64,000 nt of DNA from an uncultured Polyangiaceae bacterium (lineage in GTDB: Bacteria > Myxococcota_A > Polyangia > Polyangiales > Polyangiaceae), in contig CAYMQT010000002.1 in assembly GCA_964392575.1 (NCBI GenBank), forward strand, positions 21,832 to 85,831, given 5' to 3'. Positions 43,374-53,688 of this stretch are shown piece by piece. The first letter of the stretch is position 1; each line of letters opens with the position of its first letter. Made by a program: the position numbers and the translations under genes. A model generated the notes under the pieces. That model made no database searches, was not told the origin of the DNA, and saw nothing but the letters and a program-made list of their open reading frames with translations.

Positions 43374-44869
43374 GACTCAGCTTCCCCTTTCGCGCGCGAG
43401 AGCGCCTCCTTGCGTGAGCGCCGGACGAGAACGATGCCGCCCAGACTGGCCGCGAAGAGAGGCATATAGATGAGGACGTAGCGGAGGACGCCGCTCAGGG
43501 CAGATTCATCCAGGCCGATGCCCGCGTGCTTCACGCTCCTGTCTGTGGTCGATGCGGTTACGGGACGCGACAGGACCCAAGAGAAGGCATTTTCGGTGAA
43601 GATGCGGTTCCCATAATAAGCGGGCTCGCGGAAGGAGGCATTGGAAAGGACGTTGGAACAGCCCACGACGAGAGAGCGGGCGAGGACCCCGGAGCCGTCT
43701 TCGACCCGGGCGGCGGCTAGAGTCAAAGGGGCGCCGCTCTCGGACGTCTTGTCTGCGGCACTTTCCGGTCCGAGATCGGTAAGGACTTCCGCCTTGTCCG
43801 TCGTCGTGAGAAGCGCAGTGGCGCCGCCTCCTTTGCGCAGGGTGAGGGGTCCTGAGGCGCTGAGTACGACTCGGGCATCGGTGCGGGCGGCGGGTTGGCT
43901 CAGACCACGTGTGAGCGGATGAGACTTCACCTCGGGAAAGAAGGCTTCTCCCAGGGCCGAAGGAAAGCGATGAGCGGGATCCTTTTCCAGGACGAAACCC
44001 GGCATGAGCTCCACCCCCAGTCGTGCGGCCACGCGGTTCAGGGAGACTTCGGCCAAACGCCCCTCTTGGTTCACGATGGGGTCCACGAACAACAGAAGCG
44101 CCGCTCCTCGTTCATGAGCATCGAGGAGCGCCTCCTCGTGAGCTTTGGGGAAGGGTCTGGTCGGACCGACGACGACGACGGCATGGCAGCCTTCAAGAGC
44201 TCGTCCTGGATCTGGCACGTCGAGAGGAACGCGCTCGGGCCGAAGGTTGCTCTTGTCGAGGCGATTTCTCAATTCAAGCAATCCCTCCCTCGCACCATCA
44301 TCGAGGCTTGCCTCCCCGTGGCCAGTCACGAAGCAGATCCGCTCTTCCGGTCGACCTCGCACGCGGGTGAGAGCTTCGGTGAGTTCTGCTTCCAGGACCG
44401 GCGCCAAACCTGCTTCACTCGGCCGGAGTCGGTCTGAACGGATGAACCACTTCCTCGATCCCGAACGGATGAGCAGGGCGGCATCAGCAACCAAGGCTGT
44501 TTCGCTGACGTGATCCGTGCCGATGTCGTATTTCTGGGTCAGGGCGAGAAACTCCGCCAAATCCCGATCCGGGTCGATGTAGCGAACGCGGATGAGGGCG
44601 CTCTCGGCGCGGTAGGTTTCCAGGAGTTGCCTCACGGAAGAGAGCCGCGGATCTCCCGAGGAGAGCAAGACGAGCACTTGTGTGTCCGTGCGAAGGTCAG
44701 CAAGAACGCTGCGGGATGCCTCGTTGAGGGTGAAGCTCCTGTCTCTCGATAGATCGATCCGTGTGAAACGCCGCGCCGAGAGCAAGTTCACTTCGCTGAG
44801 GAGTACCCCGGCGCAGAGCACGCCCACAGCACCCCACGCCACGTGATTGGTAAGAAGACTCGACTTCAC
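43370..44869 (-). CDS. GldG-like ABC-transport auxiliary protein
   Basis: Start placed at GTG 44869 (GTGA overlap with the permease stop). N- and C-terminal TM segments and a GldG-like motif (ICFVTGHGE). Confidence 0.65.
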   Translation of the reverse strand: MKSSLLTNHVAWGAVGVLCAGVLLSEVNLLSARRFTRIDLSRDRSFTLNEASRSVLADLRTDTQVLVLLSSGDPRLSSVRQLLETYRAESALIRVRYIDPDRDLAEFLALTQKYDIGTDHVSETALVADAALLIRSGSRKWFIRSDRLRPSEAGLAPVLEAELTEALTRVRGRPEERICFVTGHGEASLDDGAREGLLELRNRLDKSNLRPERVPLDVPDPGRALEGCHAVVVVGPTRPFPKAHEEALLDAHERGAALLLFVDPIVNQEGRLAEVSLNRVAARLGVELMPGFVLEKDPAHRFPSALGEAFFPEVKSHPLTRGLSQPAARTDARVVLSASGPLTLRKGGGATALLTTTDKAEVLTDLGPESAADKTSESGAPLTLAAARVEDGSGVLARSLVVGCSNVLSNASFREPAYYGNRIFTENAFSWVLSRPVTASTTDRSVKHAGIGLDESALSGVLRYVLIYMPLFAASLGGIVLVRRSRKEALSRAKGEAES

Positions 44870-45615
44870 GCGGTCCTCCACGAGGAGACGACGCGGGCAG
44901 AAACGAAGAGCGCCCATACGGTGACCGATACGTGTAAAATGACGCGGCGCGAGTCGATGAGTCCTTTTGACATCTCTTCGAGGAGCGTCGTCAGAGACAC
45001 GTAGCCGCAAAGCTCGCGCAGAGGGCCGGGTTCGAAAATGTACTCACCGATGCCGAGAACAAACAGCCCGAAAAGGGCCGCTGACGTGAGCAGGAGGGCG
45101 ACGAGCTGATTTTTAGACAGGGCGCTCATCAAGACCCCGATCCCAAGGTAGCTCATGCCTACGAGGAAGAGGCCAAAGTAGCTAGAAAAGAGAGCTCCTA
45201 AGTCGACCATACCGGTCTCTCGCAACAAGTAAGCGTAGAGGCTCGTAGGCGCCCAGATCAGGCAGAAGGTGACGAGCGCGCTCGCATACTTGCCTAAAAC
45301 GATCGACCATGGCGCCACGGGCGCGGAAAGCAAACTGTCTATGTTGCCCGTCTTTCGTTCTTCAGCGAGAGTCCTCATGGTGAGGCTGGGGCAGAGTAAG
45401 AGCAGGGTGAACGACATGAGCAGGGATTGCTTTCCGAAGTACGCGCTCAGCGGATCACCCATATCCGCTTCTGATCCGAGAGTGGTAAAGTGTGCAACGA
45501 TGCTATAGAAAACCCCTCCTTGAAGCAGGAGAAACGTCGAAAGGAGAACCCAGGCGAGAGGCGTGACCCAGAGACTGAGGAGTTCTCGCTTGAAGATGGC
45601 CCAAGTCGTGTTCAC
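44866..45615 (-). CDS. ABC-2 type permease (GldF-like)
   Basis: Six-TM ABC-2 permease pattern (MNTTWAIFKRELLSLWVTPLAWVLL...). GTGA overlap with the ATPase gene. Confidence 0.8.
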   Translation of the reverse strand: MNTTWAIFKRELLSLWVTPLAWVLLSTFLLLQGGVFYSIVAHFTTLGSEADMGDPLSAYFGKQSLLMSFTLLLLCPSLTMRTLAEERKTGNIDSLLSAPVAPWSIVLGKYASALVTFCLIWAPTSLYAYLLRETGMVDLGALFSSYFGLFLVGMSYLGIGVLMSALSKNQLVALLLTSAALFGLFVLGIGEYIFEPGPLRELCGYVSLTTLLEEMSKGLIDSRRVILHVSVTVWALFVSARVVSSWRTA

Positions 45616-46586
45616 TCCTCGCTTCCCCCAGCTTCGGTGGTCAGTTGAGAAAACACCTCATCGAGCTTGGCCTTGACGGGTCCCGCCGAGGTGACCGAGA
45701 GGCCCTTTTCGACGAAGAAGGCGACGACTTCGGCGGTCAGATGGGGCCCGTTCGCGAAGCTGACAGAGCTACTGAAGAAGTGAGCGCCTTCCTGCGGTTC
45801 TCTCCGCAAGGACCATTTTCGGGGAGCTGCGGAAATCGCAGCCTCAAACGCAGAGATTGCCGCTTCGGAAGCAGCCGTTTCAGAACCAGTTTGCACGGCA
45901 ACGAAGGCTCTCTTTCCGCTGCGCGAAGTCAGGTCCTCCATGTCCGCTTCTGCCACGAGCGTGCCCTGATGAATGACGATGGCTCGACTGCACGTCGCCT
46001 CGACCTCCGAAAGCACATGTGTTGAAAGGAGGATCGCTCGCTCTTTGGCGAGCCGGCGGATGAGTTTCCTCATGTCGGCGATCTGGTTGGGGTCGAGGCC
46101 TGCCGTGGGTTCGTCCAGGAGCAACGCGGGAGGGTCGTTCAGGAGGGCGTCGGCAAGGGCCACTCGCTGCCTGTAGCCTTTGGAGAGATGCGCGATGCGT
46201 ACGCCATACATGTCGGCGGCGCCTGCTTGCGTGAGGGCATCGTCAATGACCGCCCTCTGCTTTCTCCTTTTGACCCCTTTGAGTTCCGCGCGAAAAAGGA
46301 GGTACTCGTGCACGGTCATTTCCGGATAGAGCGGCGGATTTTCAGGCATGTATCCAAGGAGAGCCTTGGCCTTCAAGGGTGCTTGTTCGAGGTCGTGTTC
46401 GCCGATGCGGATGCTTCCTTTGGTCGGAGCCAAAACGCCCGCCAGCATGCGGAAGGTCGTTGTCTTGCCGGCCCCGTTGGGTCCGAGAAAGCCCACGGCT
46501 TCCCCCCGCTTGACGCGAAAGCTGACACCAGAAACAGCTCTGGTGCGGCCGAAGGATCTTTCGAGCGAACTGGCAACAATCATCAT
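45612..46586 (-). CDS. ABC transporter ATP-binding protein (GldA-like)
   Basis: Walker A (GPNGAGKTT), signature (LSKGYRQR) and Walker B (LLLDEP). Confidence 0.9.
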   Translation of the reverse strand: MMIVASSLERSFGRTRAVSGVSFRVKRGEAVGFLGPNGAGKTTTFRMLAGVLAPTKGSIRIGEHDLEQAPLKAKALLGYMPENPPLYPEMTVHEYLLFRAELKGVKRRKQRAVIDDALTQAGAADMYGVRIAHLSKGYRQRVALADALLNDPPALLLDEPTAGLDPNQIADMRKLIRRLAKERAILLSTHVLSEVEATCSRAIVIHQGTLVAEADMEDLTSRSGKRAFVAVQTGSETAASEAAISAFEAAISAAPRKWSLRREPQEGAHFFSSSVSFANGPHLTAEVVAFFVEKGLSVTSAGPVKAKLDEVFSQLTTEAGGSEE

Positions 46587-46601
46587 TGCCCCCCGGAGGT
46601 T

Positions 46602-49600
46602 TCACTCTTCAAGTTGTGCAGCGGCGCCGTGACACTGCTTGAACTTCTTGCCGGAGCCGCAAGGGCACTGGTCGTTCCGGCCTATTTTTGGTTCTTCGCG
46701 CTTGTGGACTTTCTGGCTGGCTGCTTGCCTGGCGGCTTCGAGCTGAGCGGCGGGAGCGGGGCCGCCCGGTGGGAGCGAGTCTCCTACGTGGCGCGCGACC
46801 GCTCGATCGAGATCCGCGTGATGCTTTTCCTCTGCGACACGCTCCATCTCCGCGATCTGCTCGGGGCGCTCGATTTTCACTTCAAACAGTCGTTCGAGTA
46901 CCTTGCTGGACACATTGGCCATCATGTTCACGAAGAGGGTGTAGCCCTCCTTCTTGTACTCGTTCTTCGGATCCCGTTGTCCGTATCCGCGCAGCCCGAT
47001 GCCGTCGCGCAAGTGCTCCATGTTCTGCAAATGGTCGACCCAAGCTTGATCGATGGCCTGGGTGTAGAGATGACGAAAGACCCGAAGCACCAAATCTACG
47101 CCCATCGCTTCTCGTCGGGCGACCAAGATCTCTTCTGCAGCGAGGTAGAGTTCGCGCACGACAAGCCCTCGCTCGCCCAATTGAGTCACATCTCGCTTCA
47201 GGGGAGCTGAGAACAGATCCCGGAAGGCCGTCTTGATACTACCCCAGTCCCAATCTTCGGGTGGCTTGTTAGCGGAGCAGGCCTCTTCGGTGATGGCTGC
47301 CACGACGCGGTCCATCAGATCCAGGAGCCGTTCGTGCTGTTCGCTGAGTCCACGAACGACTTGCACCGCAAGTTCGTCGTAGATGGTGGCCGGTGTGCGC
47401 TCTTTGCGCGTCTCAAGATCGAGCTTCACGCCCCAGAGTTGGTAGACCTCGTGCTGCAGCTGTTCGAGTTCCTGGAGTTCTCCAGCTTCGGCAAGCTCGT
47501 CGCGCGTGGGAGCGCGGGGCTTGCCGTTGCTTTCGGTTTTGTTGGGCGGATGCTCGGCGAACATGCCTACCAACTGCGCCACCAAGGGAAGCACCTGTGC
47601 CTCGATGTCCTTGTTGATAGGGATTTCTCCGACTCTGCCTGTGGGCTTCCCTAGCTCGTCGAGTTCTTCTGGGGCGTATCGACCGAGACCCAACTGCTGA
47701 CGCAGGCTATAGAGCGTCTTTCGCTGAGCGTTCATCACGTCGTCGTATTCGAGCGTATTCTTGCGGATGTCGAAGTTGCGTTCTTCGACCTTTCGCTGAG
47801 CGTTTTCGACGCTCTTGGTCACCCAGGGATGTTCAATGGGTTCATCGTCGGGCATGCCCATGCGGTCCATCAGGTTCTTCACCCGATCACCGGCGAAGAT
47901 GCGCATCAAGTCGTCTTCGAGGGACAGGTAGAAGCGACTTGAGCCGGCGTCGCCTTGCCGGCCCGCGCGTCCACGGAGCTGGTTGTCGATGCGGCGGGAT
48001 TCGTGACGCTCGGTCCCCAGGATGTGCAGACCGCCGGATTTCAGCACCTTGGCCTGCTCTTCTTTGCAAGCTTTTTCAGAGGCGGTGACGGCTTCCGCGA
48101 ATGCCTCCGGTTCGAGATCGGGGTCGCGCCCCGACTGCGAAAACTCCCAGCGAGCCAGCATTTCTGCGTTGCCACCCAACATGATGTCGGTGCCGCGGCC
48201 CGCCATATTGGTGGAGACGGTGATGGCGCCGGCGCGTCCAGCTTGCGCAACGATGTAGGCTTCGTTCTCGTGGTGCTTCGCATTGAGCACGTGGTGTTTG
48301 ATGTTTTTGCGTTCGAGAATGCGGCTCACGGCCGCGCTCTTTTCGACGCTGGTGGTTCCGACGAGAACCGGGCGTCCTTGTTCGTGCATCTCAAGGATCT
48401 CATGCACGACGGCGGTGAACTTCTCACGCTCCGTCTTGTAGACGATGTCGTGATAGTCGACGCGTGTGATCGGCTTATTGGTCGGGACCGTGACTACGTC
48501 GAGAGAATACGTCGACATGAACTCCGCCGCTTCGGTCTTTGCAGTACCGGTCATGCCTGAGAGCTTCTTGTAGAGCCGGAAGAGATTTTGGAAGGTGATG
48601 GTCGCCATCGTGCGACTCTCTTCCTGAATCTTTACGTTTTCCTTGGCTTCGACAGCCTGATGGAGCCCATCGCTCCAGCGACGGCCGGAAAGTACGCGGC
48701 CCGTAAACTCATCGATGATCATGATCTTGCCGTTCGGGCTGACCATGTATTGCTGATCGCGCTTGTAGAGCGCATGCGCCTTGAGAAGCTGATTCAAGAT
48801 GTGCAAGGACTGCACGTTGATCGGGTCGTAGAGGTTACGGATACCCGTGAGCTGCTGCACGAGTTCGATGCCGTCGTCGGTGAAAGTGGCTGAAAAGCCT
48901 TTTTCGTCGACGTTGTAGTGCTCGTCTTTGACGAGCTTCGTGACCACTTCGTTGAGCGTCTTGTATTTGTCACTCGCCGTTTCAGCAGGACCGCTGATGA
49001 TCAAAGGCGTTCGCGCCTCGTCAATCAAAATAGAATCCACCTCATCAACGATGGCGAAGTGAAGATTTCTCTGTACGTGTTCGAGCGCGCTGTCTTTCAT
49101 ATTGTCGCGCAGGTAATCGAAGCCGAATTCGTTGTTCTGGCCGTAGGTGATGTCACACTTGTAGGCCCGGATCTTCTCCTGCGCGCGCTGGCCGCTCACG
49201 ATGACTCCCGTCGTGAGCCCCATCCAGTTGTAGAGCCGCCCCATCCATTCGGCGTCGCGCTTGGCGAGGTAGTCGTTGACGGTGATGACGTGTGTCCCTC
49301 GTCCTTCCAGAGCGTTCAAGTAGGTCGCCAGGGTTGCCACCAAGGTCTTCCCCTCGCCGGTCCGCATCTCCGCGATCTTCCCTGTGTGCAGGACCATGCC
49401 GCCCAAGAGCTGAACGTCATAGTGGCGCATTCCGAGCACACGCATCGAGGCCTCGCGGCAAACTGCGAACGCTTCGGGTAAGATCTCGTCGAGGGATTCT
49501 CCGTTGTCGATCCTTTGCTTGAAATCGTTGGTCTTTTCTTGGAGCTGTGCATCGGAGAGCTTCTTCAGCCCTTCCTCCAAGGAATTGATACGTTCGACGT

Positions 49601-49670
49601 TCGGCTGCATGCGCTTGATGGCGCGTTCGTCCGAGGTTCCAAAGAGCCTTCTGGCTACCCAAGTCAACAT
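46602..49670 (-). CDS. secA: Preprotein translocase ATPase SecA
   Basis: Full-length SecA ([13 protein letters not shown]; [19 protein letters not shown]; C-terminal zinc motif [14 protein letters not shown]). Confidence 0.97.
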   Translation of the reverse strand: MLTWVARRLFGTSDERAIKRMQPNVERINSLEEGLKKLSDAQLQEKTNDFKQRIDNGESLDEILPEAFAVCREASMRVLGMRHYDVQLLGGMVLHTGKIAEMRTGEGKTLVATLATYLNALEGRGTHVITVNDYLAKRDAEWMGRLYNWMGLTTGVIVSGQRAQEKIRAYKCDITYGQNNEFGFDYLRDNMKDSALEHVQRNLHFAIVDEVDSILIDEARTPLIISGPAETASDKYKTLNEVVTKLVKDEHYNVDEKGFSATFTDDGIELVQQLTGIRNLYDPINVQSLHILNQLLKAHALYKRDQQYMVSPNGKIMIIDEFTGRVLSGRRWSDGLHQAVEAKENVKIQEESRTMATITFQNLFRLYKKLSGMTGTAKTEAAEFMSTYSLDVVTVPTNKPITRVDYHDIVYKTEREKFTAVVHEILEMHEQGRPVLVGTTSVEKSAAVSRILERKNIKHHVLNAKHHENEAYIVAQAGRAGAITVSTNMAGRGTDIMLGGNAEMLARWEFSQSGRDPDLEPEAFAEAVTASEKACKEEQAKVLKSGGLHILGTERHESRRIDNQLRGRAGRQGDAGSSRFYLSLEDDLMRIFAGDRVKNLMDRMGMPDDEPIEHPWVTKSVENAQRKVEERNFDIRKNTLEYDDVMNAQRKTLYSLRQQLGLGRYAPEELDELGKPTGRVGEIPINKDIEAQVLPLVAQLVGMFAEHPPNKTESNGKPRAPTRDELAEAGELQELEQLQHEVYQLWGVKLDLETRKERTPATIYDELAVQVVRGLSEQHERLLDLMDRVVAAITEEACSANKPPEDWDWGSIKTAFRDLFSAPLKRDVTQLGERGLVVRELYLAAEEILVARREAMGVDLVLRVFRHLYTQAIDQAWVDHLQNMEHLRDGIGLRGYGQRDPKNEYKKEGYTLFVNMMANVSSKVLERLFEVKIERPEQIAEMERVAEEKHHADLDRAVARHVGDSLPPGGPAPAAQLEAARQAASQKVHKREEPKIGRNDQCPCGSGKKFKQCHGAAAQLEE

Positions 49671-49881
49671 GGCGGGGGGGAACCTAGTACATCACCGGAG
49701 GCGAATCGACGTTCGGCCCCAATTTCTGAATGACAGACAAGTGTCTGAAATAATAGAATAAAATTCGATCATTTCTGGTAGATTCTGCTTCGGCTCAAAA
49801 GAGCTCGGCCCCTTTGGGCGTCAATCCCGCCCCAAGCTGTTCGTTTGGGCTGCGCGCTTCTTCACGCTTCCGCCTTCCCAT

Positions 49882-49904
49882 GCGGACGGTTCGGACGTCC
49901 GTTT
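49882..49904 (+). terminator. Plus-strand hairpin plus T-run in the secA/thioesterase intergenic region
   Basis: CGGACG-GTTCGGA-CGTCCG followed by TTTT. It is oriented opposite to both flanking genes. Confidence 0.35.
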
Positions 49905-49949
49905 TGATGGCGCCCGCCTGCCTCAGGGGGTTCTGCCTGCCTGTTCGGG

Positions 49950-50426
49950 TTAGCCCTTTCGTTCACGCAAGCGGTTCTCTTGTCTTTTTTTCCCGGCTTC
50001 ATACTTCGCTCGGTCTTCGTCGTTCTCGATCTCGATCTCGGGCACCGGACTTGGTCGGCCGTTTTCGTCGAGAGCAACGAAAACGAGGTAGGCGGAGTTG
50101 GTGTGGGTGACTTTGCCGCTGATGGGTTCTTCCGCGCTGACCTCGACTGTGATTTCCATCGAGCTTCGGTGCGCGTAGGTCACGTTCGCGCAACACTGGA
50201 CGATCTCACCGATGTGCACGGGCTGCTTGAATGTCATCGAGTCCATTGCCACTGTCACCGCCGGCTTTTGCGCGTGCCGCATCGCGGCAATGGCAGCTGC
50301 TTCATCAGCAAGCTTCATGATGATGCCGCCGTGCACGTTGCCGAAGTGGTTGGCGTGTTCGGGCATCATCAGGGTGTTCAGGGTGATACGACTTGCGCGC
50401 GGGCTTTTCCTGGGCGGGGCTTGCAT
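49950..50426 (-). CDS. Acyl-CoA thioesterase (hotdog fold, YciA/BFIT-like)
   Basis: MPEHANHFGNVHGGIIMKLADEAAAIAA is typical of this family. Confidence 0.8.
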   Translation of the reverse strand: MQAPPRKSPRASRITLNTLMMPEHANHFGNVHGGIIMKLADEAAAIAAMRHAQKPAVTVAMDSMTFKQPVHIGEIVQCCANVTYAHRSSMEITVEVSAEEPISGKVTHTNSAYLVFVALDENGRPSPVPEIEIENDEDRAKYEAGKKRQENRLRERKG

Positions 50427-50600
50427 GGTCTGATCCTACACCTGTTTCGGTTTGGCATCTTCGCCTGAATTTGGGGCACAAATCGTCTCGTGAGAGTGGA
50501 AGCGAATGCTCCTTTGTCGCTTTCTCGAGCGCCGTGATAGCGTTTTTCGCGGCCCGATAAGGCTTCGCGCGACAAAGGCAATTCTCCCGCCGACGTTGTC

Positions 50601-52340
50601 ATGGACTTGCTCTACTTCACCATCCTGATCAGCTCCCTGATCTTCGTGCATGAGCTGGGCCATTTTCTATTTGCCAAGGCGTTCGGGGTGAAGGTGATCA
50701 CCTTCTCCTTGGGGTTTGGTCCCAAGATCTTGCGTCTGAGCGGCAGGGAAACCGAGTACTGTATCTCGCTTCTTCCTCTGGGCGGGTACGTGAAGATGCT
50801 CGAGGAATCCAAAAGCGATCTGGTCATGCCAGAAGATCGGAACCGGACTTTCGAGAGCTTGCCGGTCTACAAGCGAGTGATCGTGGTGCTGGCAGGTCCG
50901 GTGATGAACTTGCTCTTCCCGGTGCTGCTTTACTTTTCTGTCTTCGTCACCGAGGGGCCCTTCGCGCCGCCGACAGTTGGGGTCGTTTTGCCCGAACACC
51001 CGGCGAGCGGTGTGCTGTTTTCTGGTGATCGGATCATGGAGGTGAACGGCGCTCCGGTCGGGACGTTCGATGAAGTCCGTCGCATCGTGGAGCGGAGTCC
51101 CGGGGAAACCCTGCATTTTAAGGTATTTCGCGAGAATCAGCACGTGGACGTGGAGGTGGTCTCGCTCGACCGTCGCCGGAAGCTCGAACTCGACATCGAG
51201 CAGAGATACGGGTCGATTGGCATTCAGCCGAACGCTCCTGCAGCGGTGGTGGGGATCATGGCCGCAGACTCGCCTGCTTATCGAGCCGGCCTTCGTACCT
51301 TTGATGTCATCACCTACGTAGCCGGGCGACCCATCCGCCGTTTCATGGATCTTGAGAAAGAACTTGAAAATACGCGAGGGGTGACTGTGCCCGTGACCTA
51401 CCTCCGTCCTCAGCATGTGCCTGGCGCGCTCGGCGGTCTGAGTGACATGGCGGTTTATGAGGCGGGAGTCGTGTCTCTGACTCCTGACGTCGAGGGAGAA
51501 ACGTTTACCGAGCGCACGGGTATTGAGCTTGCTGATCGCTATGCGGCGGCTGTCCCCAAGGGCAGCTACCTTTATCAGGCTGGCCTTCGGCCCATGGATC
51601 GCATTGTGACGCTCGACAACAAAACGGTCCCTGCCTGGTCCACCTTCGTTGACCGTTTGGCTGAAGCGCCGGACGTGGAACACCAGCTCACCTTCTATTC
51701 GGCTAGGGATGATCGCCTTCGCTCCGGTCGATTCCGAATCCGACGAGAAGACTTCAGTAGTGAGAGCGGGCAACAATTTTCTCGCTATGTCCTGCCCTGT
51801 GGCAGTTGGGCGAATCTGGTTGAGCGTGGAGAGTCGGCCTGCGACGCGAATTCAGTCCGTCAATGGCTCCCCCTTTCGCTCGAAGAGCGTGTCGATCATC
51901 CAAGTCCCATCAGCTACGCTTTCGAGAAGTCGGTGGATCGCACCATCGCTGCCACGCGCTATATTTCTTTGACCTTTGTGAGATTGGCTCAAGGTAGGTT
52001 GAGCCTTCAGGAAATCAGCGGGCCTATTGCCATCTACGAGATCGCAGGCCAGGAGCGGCGCAAGGGAACCGAATACTTCGTATGGGTCATGGCCATGATC
52101 AGCATCAATCTCGGCCTGCTCAACCTCCTGCCCATTCCTGTGCTCGATGGGGGGCACTTCTTGTTCTTTCTCATCGAGGGAGTCATGCGCCGTCCCTTGC
52201 CGATGCGGGTGCGAGAAGTGAGCCATATCTTCGGCATGGCCGTCCTTCTGTTCTTGATGGGGGTTGCTTTCAAAAATGACCTACAGAAGCACGTACATTT
52301 CTTCGCCTCTGGCTCGGATTCGGTGAGCGAAGTCCGATGA
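50601..52340 (+). CDS. rseP: RIP zinc metalloprotease RseP (site-2 protease) with PDZ domains
   Basis: HELGHF zinc motif at the N-terminus, central PDZ-like region, and a C-terminal NLLPIPVLDGGH motif. Confidence 0.85.
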   Translation: MDLLYFTILISSLIFVHELGHFLFAKAFGVKVITFSLGFGPKILRLSGRETEYCISLLPLGGYVKMLEESKSDLVMPEDRNRTFESLPVYKRVIVVLAGPVMNLLFPVLLYFSVFVTEGPFAPPTVGVVLPEHPASGVLFSGDRIMEVNGAPVGTFDEVRRIVERSPGETLHFKVFRENQHVDVEVVSLDRRRKLELDIEQRYGSIGIQPNAPAAVVGIMAADSPAYRAGLRTFDVITYVAGRPIRRFMDLEKELENTRGVTVPVTYLRPQHVPGALGGLSDMAVYEAGVVSLTPDVEGETFTERTGIELADRYAAAVPKGSYLYQAGLRPMDRIVTLDNKTVPAWSTFVDRLAEAPDVEHQLTFYSARDDRLRSGRFRIRREDFSSESGQQFSRYVLPCGSWANLVERGESACDANSVRQWLPLSLEERVDHPSPISYAFEKSVDRTIAATRYISLTFVRLAQGRLSLQEISGPIAIYEIAGQERRKGTEYFVWVMAMISINLGLLNLLPIPVLDGGHFLFFLIEGVMRRPLPMRVREVSHIFGMAVLLFLMGVAFKNDLQKHVHFFASGSDSVSEVR

Positions 52341-53644
52341 CTCAGAAGCAGAGTGCAAGGCGAGTGGCTGCCTGGGTGCTCGTGCGCGTCTTTCGTGATG
52401 ATGCGTTCGCGGCTCCGACTCTCTCTTCCGCACTTGAGCGTTTTGATCTAGCGCCGAAGGACCGCGCGCTCTGTACCGAGATCTGTTACGGAGTGCTGCG
52501 CACGGAGAATCATTTGTCTCGTCTGATTTCTTCTCTGGGCAAGGTGCGCGCGGGAGATCACAGTCTGCGAGCGCACCTCCTGGTCTCAGCGTATCAGATC
52601 GAGTTTCTCGACCGCGTCCCGAAGAGTGCCGCGGTCAGCGAAGCGGTAGAGGCCCTGAAGGAGGAGAAAAATCCGCACGTGGCTGGTTTCGCGAATGCAC
52701 TTTTGCGTCGACTTGCGAGTCGAGAGGATTCGGCGCGCACCCCTCTTTCGGAAGCGATTTTAGCTTCGTCTCCCGCTTGGCTCAGAAAACGTCTTTTGCG
52801 TGACGTTGGTGAAGCCGGTTCGCGAGCCCTTCTCGCTCCTACTCAGCGACCAGGCAATGACCTCCGTCTTCGGGTCGGGCACCGAGAGCCCGACTGGTTC
52901 GCTGAGTTTGCTGAGCCTTGCCCGGGAGTCCCGGGAGCTTACCGGTATCGTGGCGGGGGAGATCCCAGAAGGCGTGTCGGTTACGAGGAGGGGGCGTTTG
53001 TGGTTCAAGAACTTGGAGCGCAGTTGCTGGCTCATGCGCTTGGTGCAAGATCCGGTGAGAGAATTCTGGACGCTTGCGCGGGTAGGGGACAGAAGGCGCT
53101 TTTGCTCTCGGAGCAAGTCGGCAGCGACGGAGAAATCGTCGCCACGGACCTTCACCAGAGCAAAGTGGACGAGCTCGCCGTGCAACTCTCTCGTGGTCCT
53201 GCGCGAGTGGCGACGCAGGCTTTCGATTTTATGAATGCTCCGCCCGAAGTTTGGCAGGGTCGGTTTGACAGGGTTCTGGTGGATGCTCCTTGCACGGGTG
53301 TCGGCACGGTCGTCCGGCGTCCGGAGATTCTGCGCAGGCTCCGTCCGGAGGATCCCGCTCGCCTGTCGGAGATTCAGTTCCGGCTCGTGTGTTCTGCGGC
53401 CCAAGCGCTGAGGCCCGGAGGAACGCTCTTGTTTGCCACTTGCAGTTTGCTTTCCGCCGAAGGCGAGGAGGTTTCCGCGCGCGTGCTTCAAGCGACCCGT
53501 CTCCTTCCTGCTGCCTTCGAAACTCAGGTAGACGGAGCACTGTTTCCGGGTACTGGCTCCGTCTCAAGCTCCTTCAGGCTGGGTCAGGCCTCCCACGGCA
53601 CGGATGGGTACTTTGCGGCCCGCTTTTTCATGCCCTCGACGTGA
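52337..53644 (+). CDS. rsmB: 16S rRNA (cytosine-C5)-methyltransferase RsmB/Sun family
   Basis: NusB-like N-terminal part and methyltransferase motifs (DACAGRGQKA; VLVDAPCTGVGTVVRRPE; ATCS). ATGA overlap with rseP. Confidence 0.85.
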   Translation: MTQKQSARRVAAWVLVRVFRDDAFAAPTLSSALERFDLAPKDRALCTEICYGVLRTENHLSRLISSLGKVRAGDHSLRAHLLVSAYQIEFLDRVPKSAAVSEAVEALKEEKNPHVAGFANALLRRLASREDSARTPLSEAILASSPAWLRKRLLRDVGEAGSRALLAPTQRPGNDLRLRVGHREPDWFAEFAEPCPGVPGAYRYRGGGDPRRRVGYEEGAFVVQELGAQLLAHALGARSGERILDACAGRGQKALLLSEQVGSDGEIVATDLHQSKVDELAVQLSRGPARVATQAFDFMNAPPEVWQGRFDRVLVDAPCTGVGTVVRRPEILRRLRPEDPARLSEIQFRLVCSAAQALRPGGTLLFATCSLLSAEGEEVSARVLQATRLLPAAFETQVDGALFPGTGSVSSSFRLGQASHGTDGYFAARFFMPST

Positions 53645-53688
53645 CGCTCGTTTCCTGGCAAACCCCCGAGCAAATGGCTGCTCTCAGC

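Noticed and set aside
49746-49754. Shared 9-mer TGAAATAAT located 75-76 nt upstream of both the secA (49746) and lgt (56648) start codons.
   Set aside because: It may be a common promoter element, but a single 9-mer match in AT-rich promoter patches is well within chance. There is no further flanking similarity.
53290-53688. N-terminal 133-aa extension of the dapA ORF overlapping the rsmB 3' end.
   Set aside because: The extension is low-complexity and overlaps a well-supported gene in another frame. Canonical DapA homology begins at MIERLHGVLTALVTP.
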